Source of the DNA: Nitrospinota bacterium
GTDB taxonomy: Bacteria; UBA8248
Reading direction: 5' to 3'
Length of the DNA: 20,458 bases
NCBI GenBank assembly: GCA_046581755.1
Contig: JAYGFR010000280.1
Coordinates: 1-20,458, forward strand
Position 1 is the stretch's first letter, and the number at the start of each line of letters is the position of its first letter. Shown here piece after piece: positions 1 through 8,449 of the stretch. The notes under the pieces are model-generated. The model did no database searches, had not been told where the DNA came from, and saw only the letters and a list, made by a program, of their open reading frames with translations. The position numbers were made by a program, and so were the translations under genes.

Positions 1-273
1 AGGAAGCGTCATACGCCTGAGCAGATTATCGGCAAGTTAAGAGAAGCCGAGGTCCTGCTCTCTCAGGAACAGACCGTACCTGAGGCCTGCAAGCAGATCG
101 AAGTATCCGAGCAGACATATTATCGCTGGCGGAAGGAGTACGGAGGCCTCAGGCTCGACCAGGCCAAACGGCTCAGGGAACTCGAGCGCGCGAACGGCCG
201 CCTCAAGAAGCTCGTTGCGGATCAGGCCCTGGACATGGCGATTCTCAAGGAGGTCGCCTCGGGAAACTTCTGA
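1..273 (+). CDS. IS3-family transposase OrfA (HTH), 5'-partial
   Basis: Open frame from base 1 to TGA at 271-273, with a typical OrfA HTH and leucine-zipper-like sequence. Absent from the ORF track because no start codon is in the window. Confidence 0.92.
   Translation, partial: RKRHTPEQIIGKLREAEVLLSQEQTVPEACKQIEVSEQTYYRWRKEYGGLRLDQAKRLRELERANGRLKKLVADQALDMAILKEVASGNF
261..267 (+). promoter_or_regulatory. -1 programmed ribosomal frameshift heptamer G GGA AAC (orfA/orfB)
   Basis: X XXY YYZ heptamer in the correct phase of orfA, just before its stop. The -1 frame continues KLLSPPKRRRAVAHVREHLQVSERRA, the typical OrfB start. Confidence 0.8.
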
Positions 274-320
274 GCCCGCCCAAGAGGAGGCGGGCAGTGG
301 CACATGTGCGGGAGCATCTT

Positions 321-358
321 CAGGTATCCGAGCGGCGCGCAGGTATCCGGTCGGCGCG
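321..358 (+). repeat. Imperfect 19-bp tandem duplication
   Basis: caggtatccgagcggcgcg (321-339) and caggtatccggtcggcgcg (340-358), 17/19 identical. Confidence 0.9.
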
Positions 359-588
359 CCTGTCAGGTGCTGGCCCAGCCGCGTTCGACGCAAAGGCGTC
401 CTCTGTGCCTGAGTGATGAGGGGAGGAGGCTGACCGATCGAATCACCCAACTGGCCAGTCTTTACGGCCGTTATGGGTACCGGCGCATCACGGCGCTCCT
501 GAGGCATGAGGGCTGGCAGGTGAACCACAAACGGGTCGAGCGCATCTGGCGCCGGGAGGGTCTAAAGGTTCCCCGGAGACAGCCCAAG

Positions 589-671
589 ATTGTCACCTTA
601 GACCAGTCCGGGGAACGCGAGTGGTACCAGTCGTCGTCCATCTTGATGGGCGAATCGCGTTCGAAGATCAT
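589..671 (-). pseudogene. Remnant of a CocE/NonD-family hydrolase with a large internal deletion
   Basis: RBS GAGGAG then ATG at 671: MIFERDSPIKMDDDWYHSRSPDWSKVT. The first half resembles the CocE N-terminus (..RDVPI.MDDG). The second half resembles the internal DD.Y..RSPDWSKVTVP segment. Confidence 0.55.
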
Positions 672-819
672 ATGCTCCTCCCGTTGTTCGGATAAAGCAT
701 TGCAACCCCAATGCGCCTGCTGCGACGACGGTGGTCGAGCGGCCCACACCGCTGGAAACGTCCGCCTCAGAGCCCGGCCAGCCCCCCGACATGGCCTCGA
801 TAGACTAGCCGCGCGTCCC

Positions 820-1140
820 TCACGAGATGGATGAGCCCTCGGGCTGCTCTTCCACCGGATCGTCGCTGCGCACGCGCTTCTTGGCGGTGGGTGCGTAGCC
901 GCCCCCCTTCATCCCGGCCGCCACATCAAGGGTGACCATCATGCTCTCGGGCACGCCGTCCGGATAAGCCTCATCCGGGCAGCGGCTGTCGCGCATGTAG
1001 GTGCACGGCTTGCATTCGATGCATCGGATGATCTCCCCGTTCCGGCCTGAGATTGCTTTGGCCGCGTAGTGGGGGTCGGTGAGCATCCCGCGGGCCACGG
1101 CCACGAAATCCGCCCCCATGTCCAGGTAGCCCTGGACCTG
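820..1140 (-). pseudogene. 3' fragment of an NADH:flavin oxidoreductase (Old Yellow Enzyme family)
   Basis: GADFVAVARGMLTDPHYAAKAISGRNGEIIRCIECKPC matches the OYE barrel end (aD.va.gR..laDP) and the Cys cluster CxxCxxC. Only about 100 aa remain, cut at the IR element. Confidence 0.8.
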
Positions 1141-1200
1141 TGCATGGCGAATTCCTAATCAAACACCCATTGCCGCTTAATTAGTAACTCGCCATGCACA
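1139..1200. repeat. 62-bp element with 21-bp imperfect terminal inverted repeats (TG...CA); MITE-like or fused IS ends
   Basis: Left arm tgtgcatggcgaattcctaat (1139-1159); right arm attagtaactcgccatgcaca (1180-1200); 19/21 complementary with a 20-bp spacer. Confidence 0.75.
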
Positions 1201-1372
1201 AGCAAATCCGTGTGAGCTTCGTTGCAGAATCGATTTGACCTGGCTTCTTTCCTCGCTCCTGATACAGGGCGAGTTGCTTCCTGAAGTAGAGATTCTCGAC
1301 CGCCAGACCGGAACGATAGCGAAAGAGGTTAGAAATGAATGAAAAGAGATCAATCTCGAGCTGATATATCAT
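1201..1372 (-). pseudogene. N-terminal stub of an integrase-core (rve)/transposase-type protein
   Basis: LFRYRSGLAVENLYFRKQLALYQERGKKPGQIDSATK resembles the R..L.AENLFLRKQLALY.ER..KP N-terminus of integrase-core proteins. It is cut at the IR element. Confidence 0.65.
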
Positions 1373-1738
1373 TTTACTATGTGCATGACACACATCATGC
1401 CACGATGAGATTCGATCAATTGACCTCGCCAAAGCATTCTTATTATGGAGGATCCAATTTTTGCGGGGCACAAAAGAACGGCAAAAAGGAAACCCGTTCG
1501 CAAGTCTAATCGCCTTGTGCGATAATTTTCGTTGGATTCTTGTTCTCATCCGAATCCCTCATCATCGAAGCCGCATTCAGGCTTTAATACGGCGGCTGCC
1601 CAGACGGCGGGCTTATTCAAAAGTTACTCATATGCAAAAATTCGCACCTCAAGCATTGAAAATGCACGGCAATTGGCATGAACGGCAGATAAAAACCGCA
1701 GACTCGCAAGAATGTTTAATGATATGAGGGAGGACGCC

Positions 1739-2215
1739 ATGATCGGACCCATCCACCATTCAAGCCGGACCGTTTCCAATATGGAGCGTTCACTGGCCTT
1801 CTACCGCGACCTTTTGGGCTTTCAGGTTGTTGAGGACATTACCTCCGGGGAGCCCGGGATCCAGGAGGCTTCGGCCACACCCGAAGGCCAGCTCCGGATC
1901 GTCATGCTAGAGGCAGGAGGCTCCCACGTCGAACTTATCGAATTTCTCAAAGAGAAGGGGAAACCCTACGACAACCCTGTAGAGCTCAACGATGTTGGCA
2001 GCAGCCACATCGCGTTTGAACCCGAGGACATGGATCAGGCATATGAGTACCTGCTGTCCAAGGGAGTTCGTTTCACGAGTCCGCCCCGCGTCACCTGGCG
2101 GGAGCCCGGACGATACTGGCGCGCCACCGTCTTCTATGACCCAGACGGATTCGATCTGGCCCTGTTCAAGTCCTATCAGGGAGAGCCGGCCGAGATGGGC
2201 GCTGCCTCCAGTTAG
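1739..2215 (+). CDS. VOC (glyoxalase/methylmalonyl-CoA epimerase-like) family protein
   Basis: IHHSSRTVSNMERSLAFYRDLLGF, VELIEF, HIAF and FYDPDG motifs. RBS GGGAGGA precedes ATG 1739, preferred over 1712. Confidence 0.9.
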   Translation: MIGPIHHSSRTVSNMERSLAFYRDLLGFQVVEDITSGEPGIQEASATPEGQLRIVMLEAGGSHVELIEFLKEKGKPYDNPVELNDVGSSHIAFEPEDMDQAYEYLLSKGVRFTSPPRVTWREPGRYWRATVFYDPDGFDLALFKSYQGEPAEMGAASS

Positions 2216-2238
2216 CCAGATGCATAGGAGGTCACACC

Positions 2239-3009
2239 ATGTTGCTGAGCAATATGACCTGGATGGAAGTCCGCGACCTGCTTCCAAACGAACCCATTCT
2301 GATCCAGCCCGTGGGAGCCACCGAGCAACACGGCCCGCACCTGCCGCTCCAAGTGGACATCACCAGTGCCTACGAGGTCGCCAAGGAGGTTGGAGAGCGG
2401 ACGGGTTGTTTGGTGGCGCCACCGCTCCCATACGGCTACTCGGAGGTATGGGATAATTTTCCCGGAACGATCAGTTTCACCGCCCATACCTTCATGACCT
2501 GCGTGGGCGAGATTACGGAAAGTTTGGTCCGCAACGGTTTCAAGAAAATCTTCTTCCTGAACGGCCACAACCCGAATTTGCCTTTATTGCAGACCATGAT
2601 GTTTCAGCTCATGGACCGCTTCGGGCGGAGGGGGGACGTGCTGATCGCCGCGGGAAGCTACTTCATGGTGAACAAAGAGGCGTGCGACGAGATCGGCGAC
2701 AACTTCCGAGAGGGAACCCATGCCAACGAGTTCGAGACGGCCTTCATGATGCACCTGAGGCCTGACATGGTGTATCTGGACCGTCTCGGCGACTGGGAAT
2801 ATAAACCCGAGTTGATTCTCTCCTACCTTCATGGGGTTACTTCCGTCGTCCGGCTGCCCGATAGCGAGCGCCACAACGGCGTCTACGGCGACCCCCGCCG
2901 GGCCACTCCGGAGAAAGGCCGTCTCTATTTCGAAGCCTGCGTCACAAAGGTGGCCGAGATTGTGGAAAATTTCACTCCCGAGTACTTCGGAATTCAAGAG
3001 GTGTATTAG
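2239..3009 (+). CDS. Creatininase/creatinine amidohydrolase-family protein
   Basis: MTW.EV, PVGATEQHGPHLP..D, FPGTIS, NGH, HA.E.ET and GVYGDP..AT.EKG motifs; RBS AGGAGG. Confidence 0.93.
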   Translation: MLLSNMTWMEVRDLLPNEPILIQPVGATEQHGPHLPLQVDITSAYEVAKEVGERTGCLVAPPLPYGYSEVWDNFPGTISFTAHTFMTCVGEITESLVRNGFKKIFFLNGHNPNLPLLQTMMFQLMDRFGRRGDVLIAAGSYFMVNKEACDEIGDNFREGTHANEFETAFMMHLRPDMVYLDRLGDWEYKPELILSYLHGVTSVVRLPDSERHNGVYGDPRRATPEKGRLYFEACVTKVAEIVENFTPEYFGIQEVY

Positions 3010-4034
3010 GCGTCAGGCACGATGGGTGCCCGGCCCATGATCCGGTTGGCCGCCAGATCGGCGAGCGCGCGCTCTGCCTCGGCCAAAGGGTAGGTCCGGG
3101 AAATCACCGGCTTCACCCTGCCCGCTTCCACCCAGGCCGCCGCTTCGGCCAACTCTGCATGGTTCACGTAGCGAGAGCCGGTCACGAAGATTTCGTCCGT
3201 GACGAATCGGGTGGGATCGATGGCAAAGACCGCCTCAGGCTGAAAACCGATTACAACCAGCGTTCCCGCCGTGGCCAGGCAGGCAAAGCTCTTCGGAAGC
3301 GTCGCCTCCGTGCCCACCAGCTCGAGGACTGCCTCAGCCCCCTTGCCAGCAGTGATCTCCGACACCTCAGCCGCGAAATCCACCCTCTGATCGTTCACCA
3401 CATGATCCGCGCCCAGTTTCCGCGCCTGGTCGAGTTTCCCGTCCTCGACGTCCACCGCAATGACTCGCGCCCCAAATGCCTTTGCGATCTGCACCGCATG
3501 GATGCCCACCCCGCCGCATGCACCCACGATGACTACGTCATCCTCTGGGCGCACCCCTGCGCGGGTCTTGATGGCCTTGAGCGGGGTTGCCACCGGACTC
3601 ACAATGGTCGTGGCCTCGGCGTAGCCCACCCCTTCCGGAATGCGACAGAGGTTGCGAGCGGGGGCGCGCACGTACTCCGCGTAGCCCCCGTCTACATGGA
3701 CGCCGAAATACCCCTCGAAATTACGGCACAGCGTCACCCGGCCAACCTGGCAGAACCGGCAGCGGCCGCAGGTGAGATACGCGTGCACGATGGCGCGATC
3801 GCCAACACCCCAGCCCTCGACGCCCGGCCCCGACTCGACCACTTCTCCCGCGATCTCGTGACCCAGAATGAGGGGGAGCTTCCCGCCAGCTCGGCCCGCG
3901 CGGATCGTCACGTCGAACTGATCGGGTGCGCAGGCACCCACCCGGAGCACCACCTCTCCATGCCCCGGCACCGGGTCCGGAACGGTCTCGAGCGACAGCG
4001 CGCCGTTCCACTCGTGTAGAACCATCGCCTTCAT
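3006..4034 (-). CDS. Zinc-binding medium-chain dehydrogenase/reductase (alcohol dehydrogenase family)
   Basis: ILGHEIAGEV, structural Zn site CGRCRFC...C, DGGYAEY, Rossmann GACGGVG followed by acidic VDVED; RBS GGAGGAG. Confidence 0.93.
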   Translation of the reverse strand: MKAMVLHEWNGALSLETVPDPVPGHGEVVLRVGACAPDQFDVTIRAGRAGGKLPLILGHEIAGEVVESGPGVEGWGVGDRAIVHAYLTCGRCRFCQVGRVTLCRNFEGYFGVHVDGGYAEYVRAPARNLCRIPEGVGYAEATTIVSPVATPLKAIKTRAGVRPEDDVVIVGACGGVGIHAVQIAKAFGARVIAVDVEDGKLDQARKLGADHVVNDQRVDFAAEVSEITAGKGAEAVLELVGTEATLPKSFACLATAGTLVVIGFQPEAVFAIDPTRFVTDEIFVTGSRYVNHAELAEAAAWVEAGRVKPVISRTYPLAEAERALADLAANRIMGRAPIVPDA

Positions 4035-4156
4035 CGACCTCTCCTCCGAAAAGCTGCGTCAAACGGCCTGAAAAACGAGGGAGACCTTCTGGAGACGTCG
4101 CCTTCCAAATGGCGTCGGTGAGGGTTTCCACGGCAAGGCTTCCGGGTCTCGGCGCG

Positions 4157-5374
4157 CTAGAGGGCGCCAGCATGCGCCTCCCCCGCCAGGAGCGCGCCCA
4201 GCTTCATTCGCATCACGTCGTTCATGCCGTCGATGTGGTAGCACATCATCGCGTCGCGCATGTGGCGCTCGGCAGGGTGGTCCCACATGTATCCGTTTCC
4301 GCCGAAGACGTTCATCGCGGTGGTGCATACCTGAGGCGCCATCTCCGAGGCGAAAAGAGCGACTCGTAGGCCCTCCTTGAAATCGAATTCTCCTGCGGGT
4401 GCGGTGTCGGCGTGCCAAGCGGCGCGCCAGATGGCATCCCGGGCCACGGTGAGGGAGGTGTACATGTCGGCCAGGCGCGTGCGAATTCCCTCGTGCTGGA
4501 TGATGGGGACGCCGCCCTGGATGCGCTCTCCGGCGTATTTCAAAGCGTCCTCGAAGGCCGCTCGGGCGATGCCTACGGCGAAGGTGGCTGTGGTGGGAGA
4601 GTGGCGGCTGAACACCTGGGCCATGTAGGGGAGGCCTTGGTCCACCTCGCTCAAACGCCACGAATCGGGAATCTCGCAGTCCTCGTAAATCATCTCGGCG
4701 TTCATGAGAAGCCGCGCGCCCAGCTTTCCATGAACTTTTCCCCGCCGGAAACCGGCCACCTCGTCGTGCATGATGAACATGGTGCAGCCTTCGTTGACCG
4801 GCGCCTCGGGATTGGTGCGGGTCATCAAAAAGTTGATGTTGCTCATGGCGGCGCAGGCGATGAAATGCTTCATCCCATTAAGCACCCAGCCGTTCGAGTT
4901 CTGCTTGGCGGAGAGCTGAAGGCCTCCGGAGGGATGGGTGTAGGGCAGGATGTTGTCTGTGCCGTGGCCGGGCTCGGTCAGGCCGATCGCCATGGTGCTC
5001 GTCTCCACATCCATAAATCGGGGCAGAAACTCCTCCCGCTGGGCATCGGTGGTGAAATGGCAGAGCAACTTGGCCAGCTTCCACCCCTGATGAATCACCG
5101 AGGCGAAACCCGCCTCACCCTGGAAAAGCTCCTCGAGGAGAATGCAGTGGCCCAGGATGCCGAGCCCTGCCCCCCCCATCTCCTTGGGCACGGTCACGGT
5201 GCGGAGGCCGGCCCGCGAGCACCTCTTCAGCGCTTCCATCGGGAAGGCGCTGGCGGGGTCCGCCCCGGCCGTTCGGTCCCACTCCGCGGCGTATGGTTTC
5301 AGCTCTTGCCGGGCGAACTCCGCCGCCTTCGTCTGCCAGTTCTTGAGCTCCTCATCCAGAACGAATTCCACCAT
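4157..5374 (-). CDS. Acyl-CoA dehydrogenase family flavoprotein
   Basis: GLTEPGHGTD, WVLNGMKHFI, KLGAR, ALKYAGERIQGGVPIIQHEGI and VFGGNGYM.D.PAER.MRDA motifs. Confidence 0.95.
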   Translation of the reverse strand: MVEFVLDEELKNWQTKAAEFARQELKPYAAEWDRTAGADPASAFPMEALKRCSRAGLRTVTVPKEMGGAGLGILGHCILLEELFQGEAGFASVIHQGWKLAKLLCHFTTDAQREEFLPRFMDVETSTMAIGLTEPGHGTDNILPYTHPSGGLQLSAKQNSNGWVLNGMKHFIACAAMSNINFLMTRTNPEAPVNEGCTMFIMHDEVAGFRRGKVHGKLGARLLMNAEMIYEDCEIPDSWRLSEVDQGLPYMAQVFSRHSPTTATFAVGIARAAFEDALKYAGERIQGGVPIIQHEGIRTRLADMYTSLTVARDAIWRAAWHADTAPAGEFDFKEGLRVALFASEMAPQVCTTAMNVFGGNGYMWDHPAERHMRDAMMCYHIDGMNDVMRMKLGALLAGEAHAGAL

Positions 5375-5412
5375 GGCCTCTGCTCCTTCTTGTATCCGCG
5401 CTTAAATTGCGA

Positions 5413-6369
5413 TCAATCGGGAGGCGGAGGCGCGGGCGAATCCTTCCGCATCCACCGAACGAGCTCCTCCCCCCGGGCCGCAAACATTTCTTTCACCTGC
5501 TCCGGGCTCCAGCGATAGAAGCCCTCCCCGCTCTTAACGCCTAACTTCCCCTCGGCGATCATTTTTTCGAGCAGCGGGGAAGGCTCCGGCCTGTGGTCCA
5601 GGTGGGGCTGGATGTTACGGTGGACATCGCGCAGCACGTCTACCCCTGAGAAGTCTGTCATGGCGAAGGCGCCGATCACCGGGAGCAGCCGGGCCACCGA
5701 ACGGAGGACGGTGTCCACCGTCTCGGGCGTCGCGTAACCCTTCTCGACGATGTAGTAAGCCTCACGGCGCAGCGCCGTCGTGAGGCGCACACCAATATGG
5801 CCGGGCACTTCCTTGCATACCACCGGTTCCTTGCCGATGTGCCGTAGCAATGCGCAGGTCGTCTCGACCACGGCCGGATTGGTTCGTTCGCCCGGAACTA
5901 CCTCCACTACGGGAATGAGGGGAGGCGGGGTGTAATTGTGCGTCGTAATGCAGCGCTCGGGCCGGTGGGTGTGGCGCGCAATGTCCGTCATGCGAAGCCC
6001 AGAGGTCTCGCTGGCCAAAATGGCACGCTCCGGCGCGAGCACGTCCAGCTTTTGGAAAATCTCCTGCTTCACCGGAAGCTGCTCGGCCACCGCCTCAACC
6101 ACGAAGTCGGCCTCAGCCACGGCGGCAGCCAGGTCGGTTGTGGGGGAGATGCGGGCCCGAGCGGCGTCCCTTTCGCTCCGGCTGGCAAGGCCGGCGTCGA
6201 CGAAGAGATCAAGACCCTCGTCTATGTTGGCCATCGCACGGGCTGAGCTCTCCGCCGTGCGGTTGTACATCGTGACGGGATAGCCCGACTGTGCGAACTG
6301 CTGGGCCACGCCGTGGCCCACATATCCCCCTCCCACGATGCCAATCTGCCGGATCTCCGTTGCTTCCAT
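5413..6369 (-). CDS. 3-hydroxyacyl-CoA dehydrogenase family protein
   Basis: GGGYVG Rossmann motif, ADFVVEAVAE...K, LASETS, catalytic H...P...VE, and GKLGVKSGEGFY. Confidence 0.93.
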   Translation of the reverse strand: MEATEIRQIGIVGGGYVGHGVAQQFAQSGYPVTMYNRTAESSARAMANIDEGLDLFVDAGLASRSERDAARARISPTTDLAAAVAEADFVVEAVAEQLPVKQEIFQKLDVLAPERAILASETSGLRMTDIARHTHRPERCITTHNYTPPPLIPVVEVVPGERTNPAVVETTCALLRHIGKEPVVCKEVPGHIGVRLTTALRREAYYIVEKGYATPETVDTVLRSVARLLPVIGAFAMTDFSGVDVLRDVHRNIQPHLDHRPEPSPLLEKMIAEGKLGVKSGEGFYRWSPEQVKEMFAARGEELVRWMRKDSPAPPPPD

Positions 6370-6390
6370 GGTACCCGCTTTCCGCCGAGA

Positions 6391-7479
6391 TCAAATAGCG
6401 CGCTCGGTAGTGGCATCAAAGAAAAAGAGATTGTCGGTTTGCAATCCCATCTGTACTTGATCGCCCATCTCCACCCGCAGGACGGAACTGGTCCGCGCCA
6501 TCAAGGAAAGATCCTCAAAGCTCAGTTCGAGCACTTGGTCAGCCCCGTAAGGCTCATGAAGCAACACCTTGCTCGGCATGCCGTCGTCGCCCGCTCCGGG
6601 CGCCCCGACGACCACATCCTCCGGCCGTACGCCCAGAATGATGTCGCCGTCCTGATAGGGCTCGAGCCGTTGCAAGAGCTCCGAAGGCGGCTCGACCTGG
6701 AACTCACGATAGCGAAAGCGCAACCGCCCATCTTGGCGCATCAGGGTCCCGGGAATTAGATTCATGGGGGGGCTGCCCACGAACTGGGCCACGAAGGTGT
6801 TCGCCGGCTCATGATATATGGCATATGGTGAGCCATACTGCTGGAGCAGGCCGTCGCGCAAGAGCGCGATTTCGTCGGCCATGTTCAACGCTTCCACTTG
6901 ATCGTGGGTGACGTAGATTGTGGTGGTTTCGAGGTGGCGATGCAACTTTTTGAGCTCCAGGCGCATCTCCAGGCGCAACGCGGCGTCCAGGTTGGAGAGC
7001 GGCTCATCCATGAGAAAGGCCCACGGCTGCCGTACCATGGCCCGGCCCAGCGCCACGCGCTGACGCTGCCCCCCCGAAAGTTCCCGGGGTTTGCGGTTCA
7101 GAAGCTCGCTAATGTTCAGCAGCTTCGCCGCCCAGTTCACCTTCTCCTCGACCTTCGTTTTTGAGAACTTCATCATCCGAAGGGGAAATGCCAGGTTGTC
7201 GTACACCCTCAGGTGCGGGTATAGGGCATAGCTTTGGAAAACCATGGCCATGTTTCGCCGGTGGGCGGGCACGAAGCGTACATCCACGTCATCAATCAGG
7301 ATCGCGCCTTCTGATGGCTCCAACAAGCCGGCAATCACGTTCAAGATGGTGGTCTTCCCGCAGCCGGAGGGACCCAGGAGGACGACGAACTTGCCATCGG
7401 CTATCTCCAAGGTCAGATCGTCAACCGCCAGCACGTCGCCATAGCTTTTGCTCAGGTTCTGTAGGACCACCTTCGCCAT
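6391..7479 (-). CDS. ABC transporter ATP-binding protein, MalK/UgpC type
   Basis: Walker A GPSGCGKT, VFQSYALYPH, LSGGQRQRVALGRA, MDEPLSNLD, YVTHDQVEA and a C-terminal TOBE region (GVRPE). Confidence 0.97.
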   Translation of the reverse strand: MAKVVLQNLSKSYGDVLAVDDLTLEIADGKFVVLLGPSGCGKTTILNVIAGLLEPSEGAILIDDVDVRFVPAHRRNMAMVFQSYALYPHLRVYDNLAFPLRMMKFSKTKVEEKVNWAAKLLNISELLNRKPRELSGGQRQRVALGRAMVRQPWAFLMDEPLSNLDAALRLEMRLELKKLHRHLETTTIYVTHDQVEALNMADEIALLRDGLLQQYGSPYAIYHEPANTFVAQFVGSPPMNLIPGTLMRQDGRLRFRYREFQVEPPSELLQRLEPYQDGDIILGVRPEDVVVGAPGAGDDGMPSKVLLHEPYGADQVLELSFEDLSLMARTSSVLRVEMGDQVQMGLQTDNLFFFDATTERAI

Positions 7480-7506
7480 TTTTCGCCCTTCTCTTCCCTG
7501 GCCGGA

Positions 7507-8445
7507 TCAGCCCTTCACGGCGCCGGCGATAAGCCCGCGGATGAAATATCTTTGAAAGAACATAGCGAGCGCGACTGGCACGACAACGCAAGCAACACCG
7601 GCAGCGTTCATCCGCGCATAGCTCACCGAAAATTCGGAGACGAAATCGAGCAACGTCACAGTGATGGGCCGGCTATTCATTGTTTGAGTCAGAACCAGCG
7701 GGAAAAGAAATTCGTTCCAGCTCGTGAGGAAGGCGAACACCCCAGCGGTGATAATCGCGGGGGTGGAAAGCGGTAAAATCACTCGCCACAGCGTCTGGAA
7801 CCGGTTGCAGCCGTCTACGCGGGCAGCATTTTCGATCTCCCGCGGGATGGTTTCGAAGTAGGCGACCAGAATGAATATTACCAGTGGCAACGAAATAGGG
7901 ATGTAGGTCACAATGAGGCCAAGATAGGTGTCGAGCAGCCCGATGGAGCGGACCAACAAGTAGAAGGGCACGATGAGGGACACTTCGGGCACAATTCGGG
8001 ATGCCAGCACCATGTAAAATAGATATTGTTTGCCCACGAAGCGTAGGCGGGCGAAGCCATATGCGGCCAAGGAGCCCAGGACCACGGTCACGACCAAGAC
8101 ACCCACCGCCACAACGAAGCTGTTCCACATCGAGGGCAGAACATCCGCCGTAGGAAAAGTGGAATACCCCCCCATCTTCTTGTCGAATGCGACGCTCACG
8201 TCGGCTGGCTTGCGAAGCAAAATTTCGGTGAAATTGGTCAGGGTGACCTGGGGGGGAAGCCAGTTGGGGGGAACTGAAACCACGTCTTTCTCCAGCTGAA
8301 GGCTTGAGTTCAACATCCAGTAAAAGGGCGAAAGCGCGTAGAAGAGCATTAAGGCTAAGATCGCGTAGAGCATGATTCGCCCCGCGATGGCGCTTCGGCG
8401 GTACCACTTCGCCATTTGGACGTCCGGAGCACCGATCGCGGCCAT
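7507..8445 (-). CDS. CUT1 (carbohydrate-type) ABC permease, MalG-like
   Basis: Hydrophobic helices, EAA loop IPREIENAARVDG, SWNEF, and C-terminal FQRYFIRGLIAGAVKG. Confidence 0.95.
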   Translation of the reverse strand: MAAIGAPDVQMAKWYRRSAIAGRIMLYAILALMLFYALSPFYWMLNSSLQLEKDVVSVPPNWLPPQVTLTNFTEILLRKPADVSVAFDKKMGGYSTFPTADVLPSMWNSFVVAVGVLVVTVVLGSLAAYGFARLRFVGKQYLFYMVLASRIVPEVSLIVPFYLLVRSIGLLDTYLGLIVTYIPISLPLVIFILVAYFETIPREIENAARVDGCNRFQTLWRVILPLSTPAIITAGVFAFLTSWNEFLFPLVLTQTMNSRPITVTLLDFVSEFSVSYARMNAAGVACVVVPVALAMFFQRYFIRGLIAGAVKG

Positions 8446-8449
8446 AAAT

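Larger units (their letters stand above)
1..588 (+). mobile_element. IS3-family insertion sequence, defective (orfA plus frameshifted, 3'-truncated orfB); left end lies outside the window
   Basis: Frame 1 reads RKRHTPEQIIGKLREAE...YYRWRKEYGGL...LKKLVADQALDMAILKEVASGNF* (OrfA). OrfB motifs are VSERRAC..L..PRST and RYGYRRITALLRHEGWQVNHKRVERIWRREGLKVPRRQPK. Similarity stops at about 588, before the DDE domain. Confidence 0.93.
261..588 (+). pseudogene. IS3 transposase OrfB remnant
   Basis: Frame broken by a 19-bp tandem duplication (321-358) and truncated after ...PRRQPK. Confidence 0.88.

Noticed and set aside
37..528. 163-aa minus-strand ORF
   Set aside because: Antisense shadow of the IS3 transposase.
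2239..3009. Mycofactocin peptidase MftE or a RiPP cluster
   Set aside because: No precursor peptide, radical SAM or other mft genes in the window; only the family-level call is supported.
3159..5518. Long + strand ORFs (286 aa and 368 aa)
   Set aside because: Antisense shadows of the MDR and ACAD genes in GC-rich DNA, with no motifs.
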